Assembly (NCBI GenBank): GCA_003220795.1
Contig: QHTK01000050.1
Coordinates: forward strand, 670-64,669
DNA: 64,000 nt
DNA from: Gemmatimonadota bacterium
GTDB taxonomy: Bacteria > Gemmatimonadota > Gemmatimonadetes > Gemmatimonadales > GWC2-71-9
Reading direction: 5' to 3'
Under the pieces are notes generated by a model that had not been told where the DNA came from, did not search any database, and was given only the letters and a program-made list of their open reading frames with translations. Numbering within the stretch: the stretch's first letter is position 1; every line of letters starts with the position of its first letter. Both the position numbers and the translations under genes were made by a program. This document shows, one piece after another, positions 38,443 to 48,109 of the stretch.

Positions 38443-38781
38443 CTACGGCTGGGGGTCCGCTCGACGCCTTTCCGGGCCCTGGGCCAGCAGCCGTTCGGCG
38501 AAGTCGAGGCGCTCCTGCATCTCGCTCACCTCCTGCCGCAGCCTGTTCACATCGGCCTCAAGGGCCGCGAGCGCTTCCGGCGCGTCGAGCGGCGTCGCGA
38601 GGTCGCGCCGGCCGAGGCGCTGCCGCAGGCGCTGGGCCCATAACCCGAACAGCAGTGCGAGCCCTGCGTGAATCGCGGCATGCGCCCCTTCGGCTGACGC
38701 AGCGGCGAAGCCGACTCCAACCAGGTTGGCGACGCTGAGCACGACGGCGATGGGGAACCACAGCGCGGGCTTGAAGGTCAT
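38443..38781 (-). CDS. Small membrane protein with C-terminal coiled coil
   Basis: Two hydrophobic helices followed by EVSEMQERLDFAERLLA. Confidence 0.65.
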   Translation of the reverse strand: MTFKPALWFPIAVVLSVANLVGVGFAAASAEGAHAAIHAGLALLFGLWAQRLRQRLGRRDLATPLDAPEALAALEADVNRLRQEVSEMQERLDFAERLLAQGPERRRADPQP

Positions 38782-38828
38782 GAAGAAATCGACGTGAGGC
38801 GGTGGTACAAGGTTTCAGGCGGCTACTG

Positions 38829-39260
38829 TCACGCCCCCGTACTCCCGAACCCTCCCCCGCCCCGCTCGCTCGCCGGCAGCGCTTCCACCTCGACGAGCTC
38901 GACCCGCTCCACCCGCTGAAACACGAGCTGCGCGATCCGCATCCCGCGCGTCACCGCCACCGGCTCGGTCCCTAAGTTGATCAGGGGGATCATCAGCTCG
39001 CCCCGGTAATCGGAGTCGATCGTCGCGGGCGCGTTGGGGAGGGTGAGGCCGTGCTTCAGCGCGAGCCCCGAGCGCGGCCGCACCTGGGCTTCGTAGCCGG
39101 CCGGAATGGCCAGCGCGAGTCCCGTGCGAATGAGCCGCCGCTCGAGCGGCTGCAGCACCAGGTCCGGTTCGGCGCTGCACACGTCGTACCCGGCCGCCCC
39201 CGCGCTCCGCCGCGTCGGAAGCGGCAGTCCCGCGTGATGCGCCAGTCGGTGCACCTGCAC
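38829..39260 (-). CDS. dut: dUTP diphosphatase
   Basis: AAGYD, RPRSGLA, IDSDYRGE, RIAQ, RGGGGFGSTG. Confidence 0.95.
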   Translation of the reverse strand: MQVHRLAHHAGLPLPTRRSAGAAGYDVCSAEPDLVLQPLERRLIRTGLALAIPAGYEAQVRPRSGLALKHGLTLPNAPATIDSDYRGELMIPLINLGTEPVAVTRGMRIAQLVFQRVERVELVEVEALPASERGGGGFGSTGA

Positions 39261-39274
39261 GACCGGCGGCCGCG

Positions 39275-40582
39275 TCAGGCGAGCGCTCCGGGGTCGCGCT
39301 CGACGACCGAGTCGAACACCAGGGGCGGCGGCTCTTCCTCTATCAGATACGCGAATTGCCGGCGGAACTCCTCCACCGACACGTGGGCGGTCGCGGCGAA
39401 GCGCGCCAGCTCGTGCGGATCCTCGAAGTCGTCGCGCCGCAGCCGGATCATGTAGCGGCGCGCGATGGCATAGCGCGTCGACGTGATGTCTACCCGCCGC
39501 GTGCGCGCCCGGCCCGTCACGGGATCGATCATCGCGGCGAACGGGATGGGCACGAAGCGCCCCGCCTGCAGGGAAATGACGGCCGCGTTGCCGCCCCCCA
39601 ACACGTACTTGGCGGCGCAGTAGCCCAAGTCGCGCGTGTACTCCATGTCCATGGGGATCGGATCGGCGCAGCGCAGCTCGTAGCCGATATTCTTCGCGGC
39701 GATCGTCGCCTTCAGCTCGAACTGCTTGAGGCGCTTCTGCACCGCCGCCTTGAGGATCTCGCCGATGTTCACCTCGGCGATGCGGACGTTCCCGTGCGTG
39801 TCCCGCTCGACCTCCTCGACGCCCGCGAGATCCGCGGGGTCGATGCCCAGCGCCAGCCCCTCGGCGAGCACGGCGACGCCATCCAGCCGGCCGTAGGACA
39901 GGCGCTTGATGATGGCGCCCACCAGCGTGTCCACGACCGATTTGAGCCGGATGCGCGGACCCGGAAACTCCTCCGGGATGAGCGTGAGCGTGGCGCCGGC
40001 GGCCTTGCCGATGCCCATCGCGAGGTGCCCCGCGCCGCGGCCCATCGTGATGACCAGGTACCAGCGCGACGTGGTCTTGGCGTCCACCATCAGGTTCTTC
40101 ACGATCTCCACGCCGTAGTGGCGCGCCGTCTGGAAGCCGAACGTGTCCACGTGCGGCGGCAGGTCGAGATCGTTGTCGATCGTCTTCGGCACGTGCACGA
40201 CCTGGAGCCGCCCCGCGGCCTTCTCCTCGAGCTTCATGGCCGAATACGCGGTGTCATCCCCGCCGATGGTGATGAGCTGCGAGACGTTGAGGCGTAACAG
40301 GGCCAGGACCGCGTTGTCGAGATGCGCCGGGTTCTGCGTGGGGTTGGCGCGCGAGATGCCGATGTAGGAGCCGCCGCGGAAATGGATCCGGCTCACCTCG
40401 CCGATGTCGAGCGGCACGACGTGGTCGATGTCGCCTTGCATGATCCACTCGAACCCGTCGCGCACGCCGAGCACGTCGACGGCCTCGAGCCGTGCCCGGA
40501 TAGTGGCCGCCCCGATGACGCTGTTGATGCCCGGCGCCGGCCCGCCACCGACCAGGATCGCCAGTGTTCTACGCTCGGTCAT
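39275..40582 (-). CDS. pfp: Pyrophosphate-dependent phosphofructokinase
   Basis: GGGPAPG, GGDDT and PKTIDND (PPi-type signature), MGR, GYELRC. Confidence 0.88.
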   Translation of the reverse strand: MTERRTLAILVGGGPAPGINSVIGAATIRARLEAVDVLGVRDGFEWIMQGDIDHVVPLDIGEVSRIHFRGGSYIGISRANPTQNPAHLDNAVLALLRLNVSQLITIGGDDTAYSAMKLEEKAAGRLQVVHVPKTIDNDLDLPPHVDTFGFQTARHYGVEIVKNLMVDAKTTSRWYLVITMGRGAGHLAMGIGKAAGATLTLIPEEFPGPRIRLKSVVDTLVGAIIKRLSYGRLDGVAVLAEGLALGIDPADLAGVEEVERDTHGNVRIAEVNIGEILKAAVQKRLKQFELKATIAAKNIGYELRCADPIPMDMEYTRDLGYCAAKYVLGGGNAAVISLQAGRFVPIPFAAMIDPVTGRARTRRVDITSTRYAIARRYMIRLRRDDFEDPHELARFAATAHVSVEEFRRQFAYLIEEEPPPLVFDSVVERDPGALA

Positions 40583-40602
40583 CGCCGCGTTCCATGACGG
40601 CC

Positions 40603-41715
40603 CTACACCAGGGTTGTCGCGTCCGTCAGCGGCAGCCCGAACGCCTCGGCCACGGCGGCGTACACGACTTTTCCCTCGATCGCGTTCAACCCGAGGAGCA
40701 GCGCGGCGTCGTCCCGGCACGCCCGCTTCCAGCCGCTCTTGGCCAGACGCTTGGCGTACGGGAACGTGGCGTTGGTGAGCGCGAGCGTGGAGGTGCGGGG
40801 CAGGCCCCCCGGCATGTTGGCAACGGCGTAGTGGATGATCCCGTCCACTACATAGGTCGGGTTGTCGTGCGTGGTGGGCCTGCTGGTTTCGATGCAGCCC
40901 CCCTGGTCCACCGCGACGTCCACGATCACGGAGCCGGCCTTCATGAGCTTCAGGTCGTCGCGCCGCACCAGCTTCGGGGCCTTCGCGCCCGGGAGCAGCA
41001 CGGCGCCGATCACGACGTCGGCCTTGCGGAGCTGGTCGAGCAGATTGTGACGGTTGGAGTACAGCAGATCGACGTTGGGGGGCAGCACGTCGGAGAGGTA
41101 GCGCAGCCGATCGAGCGAGAGGTCGAGCAGCGTCACGTGCGCGCCCAGGCCCGCCGCCATCTTGGCCGCGTTGGCGCCGACCACCCCCCCGCCCAGGATG
41201 AGCACCTCGGCGGGGAGCACCCCGGGCACGCCTCCCAGCAGGATGCCCGACCCGCCGTACACCTTTTCCAGGTACTTGGCACCCTCCTGCACCGCCATGC
41301 GTCCCGCCACCTCACTCATCGGCGTGAGCAACGGCAGCTCTCCCGAGGTGAGCTGCACGGTCTCATAGGCGATCGCGGTGATCCCCGACTTGAGCACCGC
41401 CTGCGTGAGGGCCTCGGACGCCGCGAAATGAAAATACGTGAAGACCACCTGCCCCTTGCGCATACAGGGCCACTCGGGCTCGATCGGCTCCTTCACCTTG
41501 ACGACCATCTCGGACTTGGACCACACGTCTCCGGCTCGCGTGACGAGCGTCGCGCCGGCCGCCCGGTAGGCGTCGTCCGAGAATCCCGACCCGAGCCCGG
41601 CGCCTTGCTCCACGAGGACCGTGTGCCCGTCGCCGACCAGCGACTCGACTCCCGCCGGCACCAGCGCTACGCGGTTCTCGGCAGTTTTGATCTCTCTCGG
41701 GACTCCAACGATCAT
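40603..41715 (-). CDS. ald: Alanine dehydrogenase
   Basis: [39 protein letters not shown]. Confidence 0.95.
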   Translation of the reverse strand: MIVGVPREIKTAENRVALVPAGVESLVGDGHTVLVEQGAGLGSGFSDDAYRAAGATLVTRAGDVWSKSEMVVKVKEPIEPEWPCMRKGQVVFTYFHFAASEALTQAVLKSGITAIAYETVQLTSGELPLLTPMSEVAGRMAVQEGAKYLEKVYGGSGILLGGVPGVLPAEVLILGGGVVGANAAKMAAGLGAHVTLLDLSLDRLRYLSDVLPPNVDLLYSNRHNLLDQLRKADVVIGAVLLPGAKAPKLVRRDDLKLMKAGSVIVDVAVDQGGCIETSRPTTHDNPTYVVDGIIHYAVANMPGGLPRTSTLALTNATFPYAKRLAKSGWKRACRDDAALLLGLNAIEGKVVYAAVAEAFGLPLTDATTLV

Positions 41716-41749
41716 GCACGCTCCGTCTTACGTTCTTGCGCCACGCCTC

Positions 41750-43018
41750 TTAGTCTTTGCCTTTGCCGAGCCAGACCACCGTCTGCCGCGCAGGATCGAA
41801 GAATTCCGCCGCGACGGCGGCGACCTCGTCTTCCGTCAGCCCGGCTACCGTCGCCAGCACCTGGTCGAGGCTCTGATACGGCTCGCCGTACACCGAAAAG
41901 CCCGCCAAACGATACATCCGTGCTGCAGGACTCTCCAGAGAGAGCATCAGCTGTCCCTGCGTCTGTTGCTTCGCCTCGGCGAGCGCGTCTCCGCGCAGCC
42001 CCTCGCGCGCCAGCTTGGCGTACTCCTCGCGAATCGCCGCGGCGGCCTGCGCCGCCGTTTGCGGCTGGGTGCCGACGTACACGCCCGCCACCCCCATCTG
42101 GCGATAGAAGCTCGTGAACGCGTAAATCGCGTAGGCGAGCCCCAGCTCCTCGCGGATCCGCTGGAACAGGCGGCTCGACATCCCGCCGCCGAACACGTTC
42201 GCCAGGACGAGCAGGGCGTACTTGCGCGGGTCGGCGTATGGGACCGTGTCGGTGGCGAACACGATGTGGGTTTGGGCGGTGTCCTTGTGGTGGCGGGCTT
42301 CGGTGCCGCGGATGGCGGGCGCGACGGGCGATACGGAAGGCGTTACACGTTGCCCGTTGTCCGTTGCCCGATCGAACCACCCCAGCTTCGCGAGCGCTTC
42401 GAGCAGCTGGTCGTGCGTCAGGTTCCCCGCCCCGGCGATGACGCAGTTCGCGGGGAAGTACGCCCGTCCGTGCAGCTGCTTCAGGTCGGCCGCCGAGAGC
42501 GCGCTGACGGTGTCGCGCGTGCCGAGGATGGTGTACCCGTAGGGATGCTCGGGCCACAACGTCTGGTAGGAGAGATCGAACACCTGGTCGTCGGGAGTGT
42601 CTTCGACGGTGTTGATCTCCTCGAGCACCACCTTGCGCTCGAGCTCCAGGTCGCTGGTGCGCAGCACGGGGTTCGAGACGAGGTCGGTGAGCACGTCGAG
42701 CGCGCGCGGCAGGTCGGCGTCGAGCACGCGGGCGTGAAACGCGGTGGTGTCGCGCGACGTGTAGGCGTCGAGCGAGCCGCCCCGAGCTTCGAGGGCGAGC
42801 GCGATCTCCTGGGCGCTGCGGCGCTCGGTCCCCTTGAACACCATGTGCTCGAGCAGGTGGGACACGCCCATCTTGGGGCGCGGCTCGTGCGCGCTGGCGC
42901 TGCGCACCCAGATGCCGACCGCCGCCGAGCGCACGCTCGGCACCCGTTCTGACAGCACCAGGACGCCGCCTGGCGCGGTGGTTTGGTGGATCTCCCGGTC
43001 GAGCCGGACCGTCTCCAT
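41750..43018 (-). CDS. M16 (pitrilysin-like) zinc peptidase
   Basis: HLLEHMVFKGT, GGGMSSRLFQRIREELGLAY; TAATG overlap with pnp. Confidence 0.92.
   Translation of the reverse strand: METVRLDREIHQTTAPGGVLVLSERVPSVRSAAVGIWVRSASAHEPRPKMGVSHLLEHMVFKGTERRSAQEIALALEARGGSLDAYTSRDTTAFHARVLDADLPRALDVLTDLVSNPVLRTSDLELERKVVLEEINTVEDTPDDQVFDLSYQTLWPEHPYGYTILGTRDTVSALSAADLKQLHGRAYFPANCVIAGAGNLTHDQLLEALAKLGWFDRATDNGQRVTPSVSPVAPAIRGTEARHHKDTAQTHIVFATDTVPYADPRKYALLVLANVFGGGMSSRLFQRIREELGLAYAIYAFTSFYRQMGVAGVYVGTQPQTAAQAAAAIREEYAKLAREGLRGDALAEAKQQTQGQLMLSLESPAARMYRLAGFSVYGEPYQSLDQVLATVAGLTEDEVAAVAAEFFDPARQTVVWLGKGKD
42341..42368. repeat. 4 x 7-bp tandem repeat (CGTTRNN) inside the M16 peptidase gene
   Basis: cgttaca cgttgcc cgttgtc cgttgcc. 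Confidence 0.6.
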
Positions 43019-45123
43019 TACCGCGAGCGCGCGGGGGCCGTCTCCGGTTTCTCGAGCAGCGCCTTGCGGGAGAGCCGCATGCGACCGCGCTCGTCGACCT
43101 CCAGCAGCTTGACCCGGACCTGGTCGCCCTTTTTCACGACGTCTTCGGTACGCTCCGTGCGGCCGTGCTGCAGCTCCGAGATGTGCAGCAGGCCCTCCAC
43201 GCCCGGGAGGATCTCGATGAACGCGCCGAACGCCGTCGTGCTCTTCACCACGCCCTCGTACACCTTGCCGACCTCCGGCACCTGGACCATGCCGGCGATG
43301 ATGTCGCGGGCCCGCTCCCCGCCCTCGCCCACGGCCGAGATGGTCACGAGCCCATTGTCGTCGACGTTGATCTCGGCGCCGGTCTGCTCCTGGATCGACC
43401 GGATGGTCTTTCCCTTGGGGCCGATGATGTCGCCGATCTTGTCCGTCGGGATCTGGATCGTGATGATGCGCGGGGCGTACTTGGACAGCTGCGAGCGGGG
43501 CTGCGGCATGGCGCGGTCCATGATGTCGAGGATGTGGACCCGGGCCTGCTTGGCGCGGTCGAGCGCTTCGGCGATGATCTTGAAATCGAGCCCCTCGATC
43601 TTGATGTCCATCTGGATCGAGGTCACGCCCTCGCGCGTCCCCGCCACCTTGAAGTCCATGTCCCCCAGGTGATCCTCGGTGCCGAGAATGTCGGTCAGCA
43701 CCGCCACACGCGCGCCTTCCTTGATCAACCCCATCGCGACCCCGGCGCACGACGCCTTCACGGGGACGCCCGCGTCGAACAGCGCCAGCGAGCCGCCGCA
43801 CACCGTCGCCATGGACGACGAGCCGTTGGACTCGAGGATGTCGGACACGATGCGGATGGTGTAGGGGAACTGGTCGTACGGGGGGAGCAGCGCCTGCAAC
43901 GCCCGCTCGGCCAAGGCCCCGTGCCCCACTTCGCGGCGCGACGTGCCGCGGATCGGCCGGACTTCGCCCGTCGAAAACGGCGGGAAGTTGTAATGCAGCA
44001 TGAACGACTTGGACGTCTCTTCGGCCACGTCGATCGAGTCGATGCGCTGCTCGTCCGACACCGTGCCGAGCGTGACGGACACGAGCGCCTGCGTCTGGCC
44101 GCGCGTGAACAGCGACGAGCCATGGGTGCGCGGCAGGACGCCCACTTCGCAGGTGACCGGCCGCACCGTCGCCAGGTCGCGGCCGTCGACCCGCTCGCCG
44201 CGCGACAGCACCTGGTCGCGCATCGTGCGGTACTCGATCTCCTCGATGACCGCCGCGACGTCTTTCAGGTTGTCAGGGAACTCGGCCGCGAGCTGCTCCT
44301 GGATCGTCGACTTGAGGGCGGCGAGCGCCTGCGTCCGCTCCGCCTTCTCCGGCAGGTTCAGCGCCTCGGCGATGCGCGGCTCGGCCAGCGCCTTCACCCG
44401 GGCGACCAGCTCCGCGGGGGCCTCGACCTTGGTCCACTCCATCTTCGGCTGCCGCACGTCGGCCACCAGCTCGCCGGCCGCGTCGAGCAGCTCCCGGATG
44501 CCCTTGTGCGCCAGCTCCAGCCCTTTCACGATTTCGGGCTCCGTCAGCTCGAGCGCGCCCCCCTCGACCATGACAATCGAATCGGCGGAGCCGGAGACGA
44601 CCATGTCCACGTCCGAGAACTCGAGCTGCTGGAATGTCGGGTTCAGGATCCAGGCGCCCTCTACCCGCCCCACGCGCACGGCGGCGATGGGGCCGTTCCA
44701 GGGCACCTTGGACATGTGGAGCGCCGCCGAGGCCGCCGTCACGCCGAGCACGTCGGCATCGTTCTCCTGGTCCGCCGAGAGGACGTAGATGAAGACCTGC
44801 ACCTCGTTCTTGAACCCCTCGGGGAACAACGGCCGAATCGAGCGGTCCGTCACCCGCGCCGACAGGATCTCCTCGTCCGAAGGGCGGCCTTCGCGTTTCA
44901 AGAAGCCGCCGGGAATCTTGCCGGCCGCATAGGCCTTCTCGCGGTATTCGACGGTGAGGGGGAAGAACGGGAGGGTCGAAATGTTGTCCGACACGGTCGC
45001 GGTCGCGAGGACCACGGTCTCTCCGAACTGCAGGAGGCAGGCCCCCGCCGCCTGCTTGGCGAGTCGCCCGGACTCGAGCTTCAGCGGGCGACCCGCGAAC
45101 GTGCGATCGACGTGCTTCACCAT
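43018..45123 (-). CDS. pnp: Polyribonucleotide nucleotidyltransferase
   Basis: FFPLTVEYRE, FTRGQTQ, RREVGHG, SNGSSSM, GDMDFKVAG; KH and S1 domains. Confidence 0.97.
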   Translation of the reverse strand: MVKHVDRTFAGRPLKLESGRLAKQAAGACLLQFGETVVLATATVSDNISTLPFFPLTVEYREKAYAAGKIPGGFLKREGRPSDEEILSARVTDRSIRPLFPEGFKNEVQVFIYVLSADQENDADVLGVTAASAALHMSKVPWNGPIAAVRVGRVEGAWILNPTFQQLEFSDVDMVVSGSADSIVMVEGGALELTEPEIVKGLELAHKGIRELLDAAGELVADVRQPKMEWTKVEAPAELVARVKALAEPRIAEALNLPEKAERTQALAALKSTIQEQLAAEFPDNLKDVAAVIEEIEYRTMRDQVLSRGERVDGRDLATVRPVTCEVGVLPRTHGSSLFTRGQTQALVSVTLGTVSDEQRIDSIDVAEETSKSFMLHYNFPPFSTGEVRPIRGTSRREVGHGALAERALQALLPPYDQFPYTIRIVSDILESNGSSSMATVCGGSLALFDAGVPVKASCAGVAMGLIKEGARVAVLTDILGTEDHLGDMDFKVAGTREGVTSIQMDIKIEGLDFKIIAEALDRAKQARVHILDIMDRAMPQPRSQLSKYAPRIITIQIPTDKIGDIIGPKGKTIRSIQEQTGAEINVDDNGLVTISAVGEGGERARDIIAGMVQVPEVGKVYEGVVKSTTAFGAFIEILPGVEGLLHISELQHGRTERTEDVVKKGDQVRVKLLEVDERGRMRLSRKALLEKPETAPARSR

Positions 45124-45155
45124 GTTGCCTGTCTAGAGCACGAAGAAATACGCGA

Positions 45156-45183
45156 GGCGTCCCGGTGCTCTTGCCGGGACGCC
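45156..45183 (-). terminator. Hairpin between rpsO and pnp (terminator or processing site)
   Basis: Perfect 10-bp stem GGCGTCCCGG/CCGGGACGCC with 8-nt loop; only a weak U-tract. Confidence 0.55.
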
Positions 45184-45202
45184 CAGCGCGACGCCCGTTG
45201 CA

Positions 45203-45460
45203 TTAGTGGCGGAGACCCAGCTCGTCGATGAGCTGCCGATAGCGCTCCAGGTCGGTGCGCTTCAGGTATTCCAGCAGGCGCCGGCGCTGGCTGACCATCC
45301 TGAGGAGGCCGCGCTGCCCGTGGAAATCCTTGGCGTGGACCCGGAAGTGATCGGTGAGGCTGTTGATCCGCTCGGTGAGCAGCGCGACCTGGACCGGGGC
45401 TGACCCCGTGTCCCCCTCGTGCAGCCCGTACTTCCTGACCGGCGTCGTCTTGTCGTACAT
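45203..45460 (-). CDS. rpsO: 30S ribosomal protein S15
   Basis: [31 protein letters not shown]. Confidence 0.96.
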   Translation of the reverse strand: MYDKTTPVRKYGLHEGDTGSAPVQVALLTERINSLTDHFRVHAKDFHGQRGLLRMVSQRRRLLEYLKRTDLERYRQLIDELGLRH

Positions 45461-45493
45461 CTGGTCCTGTTCCCTAATTCTTGTGAGCGCAGT

Positions 45494-45522
45494 AACTTAG
45501 ACCGTCGATACCGGTTTGTAAA
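45494..45522 (-). promoter_or_regulatory. Putative sigma70 promoter of rpsO
   Basis: Minus strand TTTACA-17 bp-TAAGTT, with the -10 element ~33 nt before the rpsO ATG. Confidence 0.6.
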
Positions 45523-45528
45523 GCCCTA

Positions 45529-46416
45529 GTGACCGACGCGCCCCCCCGCCCCCCCGCCTCGACCGACCTGGTCGGCCGCACGGTCGGTCCCTACGACCTC
45601 GAGCGTCTGTTGGGACAGGGCGGGTTCGCCTGGGTGTTCGCGGGTCGGGAGCTGGACGGGGCCCCCGTCGCGGTCAAAGTCCTGATGCCCCGCTACGCCG
45701 GCGACCCGCAGTTCGAGAGCCGCTTTCGGAACGAAGCCGAAACCGCCGCGAAACTCCAGCACCCGAACATCATCCGCATCCGCTTCGTGGCGCGCTCCGG
45801 GGGTTACGTCTACTTCGCGATGGATCTGTGCGCCGACAGCCTCGGGGCGCGCATCGCCCGCGAAGGCGCCCTGCCCGAGGCGGACATCGTCCGCGTGGCG
45901 GCGGACGTGGCCAGGGGCCTGGGGTTCGCGCACGGGCAGGGCGTGATTCACCGCGACCTGAAGCCCGACAACATCCTGCTCCGCTCCGACGGCAGCGCGG
46001 TCATCACCGACTTCGGCATCGCGCGCGCGGTGTCGGGCTACGTGGCGTCCACGGGCGTGAACATGACGATCGGAACCCCGCAGTACCTCTCCCCCGAGCA
46101 GGCGCAGGGACGCGCCCTCGACCAGCGGGTGGACTTTTACGCGCTCGGCGTCACGCTCTTCAAGGCCGCCACGGGAGAGGTGCCCTTTGCCGCGAGCGAC
46201 TGGTTCGAGCTCGCCCGCATGCACGTGGAGCAGCCGCCCCCGGGGTTGCGCAAGAAGCGCCCGGAGCTGTCCAAACGATTCGAGCGGATCGTGCTGAAGT
46301 GCCTCGCCAAGCACCCCGACGACCGCTACCGCGACGCGGCCCAGTTGCTCGCCGACCTGGCCGCGGTCGACGCCAAGCCGCGCCCCCGTCCCTGGTGGCG
46401 CTGGTGGTCAGGCTGA
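45529..46416 (+). CDS. Hanks-type Ser/Thr protein kinase (catalytic domain only)
   Basis: GQGGFAWV, VAVK, HRDLKPDN, DFG, GTPQYLSPEQ. Confidence 0.92.
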   Translation: MTDAPPRPPASTDLVGRTVGPYDLERLLGQGGFAWVFAGRELDGAPVAVKVLMPRYAGDPQFESRFRNEAETAAKLQHPNIIRIRFVARSGGYVYFAMDLCADSLGARIAREGALPEADIVRVAADVARGLGFAHGQGVIHRDLKPDNILLRSDGSAVITDFGIARAVSGYVASTGVNMTIGTPQYLSPEQAQGRALDQRVDFYALGVTLFKAATGEVPFAASDWFELARMHVEQPPPGLRKKRPELSKRFERIVLKCLAKHPDDRYRDAAQLLADLAAVDAKPRPRPWWRWWSG

Positions 46417-46749
46417 GGCGCGGAACAGGCGCCGGAACAGGCCGGCGAGGCGGGCGATGACACCCTCGCCCAGATAAGTCTCGATCGCCCGACGCAGGTC
46501 GGGCTCACATTGCTTGGGAAACGGGCGCTCCGCCGGGCGCACGGCGAATCCCGCGCCCTCAGGTCTTCCCGCCAGCTCCACGACGCCGGGCGAGGCGCGC
46601 TCGATCACGTCGAGCACCGGCCGCAACGCCTCGCGCCTCCTCCCTCCCCCGTTGCGATAGTATGCCGCGGTCACCACGGTGACCACGTGGTCTGCCTTGA
46701 CCCGCCCCGCCACGTACGCCGTGAGCGTTTCCCTAACGGCGGAAGACAT
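46408..46749 (-). CDS. Hypothetical protein
   Basis: ATG start overlapping the rseP 3' end; plausible coding composition. Confidence 0.5.
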   Translation of the reverse strand: MSSAVRETLTAYVAGRVKADHVVTVVTAAYYRNGGGRRREALRPVLDVIERASPGVVELAGRPEGAGFAVRPAERPFPKQCEPDLRRAIETYLGEGVIARLAGLFRRLFRASA

Positions 46750-48109
46750 GTCCCAGCAGGCGCCGAATATCGTTGGACGTGGCGAGGATCATGATGGCGA
46801 CGAGCACCACGAAGCCGATCTGGGTGAGCCGCAGGCGCAGCCCGAGCGGCAACGGCCTGCGTCGCACCGCCTCCGCCAGGAGAAACACCAGCTGGCCGCC
46901 GTCCAGAATCGGGATCGGCAGGACGTTGAGGATGGCCAGGTTGATGGATAGGAAGGCCATGAAGCCGAGAAAGGTCGCCGGGCCGATGCGCGCCGCCTGG
47001 CTCGAGATCTGCCCGATCAGGATCGGTCCGCCGAGCTCCCCGAGCGACGCCCTGCCCGTGACGAGCTTCGCCAGGAAATCGAGGATCAGTCCGCCGCGGC
47101 TCCGTGTCTCCGCCCACCCAACCCGGATCGCTCCCGGAATGCCGGGACGGGGGAGCGTAGGGTACACCGCCCCGATGCCCACGAAGCCGATGACCTGCTT
47201 CCGCTTGGTCACGGGATCCGTGTCCTCGCGGCGATCCGGCGTCACCGTCAGGGACAGGCGGGCGCCGCCCCGCCGCACCTCGATCGTGATCGGGTGCGCG
47301 GGGTTGCGACGCGCCACGCGCGCGAAGTCCTGCCACGATACCACCGTGTCACCGTTGACCTTGAGGATGCGGTCACCCGGCACGAGGCCCGCCTTGGCGC
47401 CCGCACCGCCGGACGTCACGCTGGAGATGGCCGGCTCGAGGTACGGGCTGAGCGCGAGCACCATGGTGACCCGCGCGGCCGTGTCTGTCTGGGCGATATG
47501 GAGCACCAGGGAGTCGGGCCGTCCCGCCACACGCAGCGTCACGGGCGGCGGGGCATTGGCGAGCTTCAGCTGCAGGTCGCCCCAGGTCCGTACCGAATCG
47601 CCGTTCACCATGGTGATGCGATCGCCGCGTCGCAGCGCCCCGAGCGCCTGCGCCGCCGGAGGCAGGTCACTCACGCTGACCGAGTCCACCCGTGTCGTGG
47701 CGATATTGTTCGGCTCGAGGGTTCCGCTGTAGGCCAGTCCCGTGTAGACGAGGACGGCGAACACGGCGTTCATCGTCACACCGGCCAGGATCACGATGAG
47801 CCGGGCCCAGAGCGGCTTGCGGTCGAACGCCCGAGCGGGATCGATCGGCTGAGCGCTCTTGCCGCCTTCCAGGTCCCCGGCGACGCCTTCGTCCTCGAAC
47901 CCGGCCATCTTCACATAGCCGCCGAACGGAATCCACGAGATCCAATACTCCGTCTCGCCGCGGCGCCACGCGAGGATCGGTCGGCCGAAGCCGAGCGAGA
48001 ACCGCAACACCTGGATGCCGACCGCCTTCGCCGCGGCGAAGTGGCCGGCCTCGTGCACGAAGATCAGCACGCCGACGACGACGATGAGCGAGATCGGCGT
48101 CAGGAGCAC
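46733..48109 (-). CDS. rseP: RIP metalloprotease RseP (M50, PDZ domains)
   Basis: HEAGH, GGYVKMAG, NVLPIPILDGG; downstream of dxr. Confidence 0.93.
   Translation of the reverse strand: MLLTPISLIVVVGVLIFVHEAGHFAAAKAVGIQVLRFSLGFGRPILAWRRGETEYWISWIPFGGYVKMAGFEDEGVAGDLEGGKSAQPIDPARAFDRKPLWARLIVILAGVTMNAVFAVLVYTGLAYSGTLEPNNIATTRVDSVSVSDLPPAAQALGALRRGDRITMVNGDSVRTWGDLQLKLANAPPPVTLRVAGRPDSLVLHIAQTDTAARVTMVLALSPYLEPAISSVTSGGAGAKAGLVPGDRILKVNGDTVVSWQDFARVARRNPAHPITIEVRRGGARLSLTVTPDRREDTDPVTKRKQVIGFVGIGAVYPTLPRPGIPGAIRVGWAETRSRGGLILDFLAKLVTGRASLGELGGPILIGQISSQAARIGPATFLGFMAFLSINLAILNVLPIPILDGGQLVFLLAEAVRRRPLPLGLRLRLTQIGFVVLVAIMILATSNDIRRLLGHVFRR

Noticed and set aside
39275..40582. PPi-PFK together with PEP carboxylase as an unusual metabolism
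   Set aside because: Both are common enzymes, unlinked here, with canonical motifs.
46417..46443. Short GGAACAGGC direct repeat
   Set aside because: Two copies within a coding 3' end; compatible with chance or peptide repetition.
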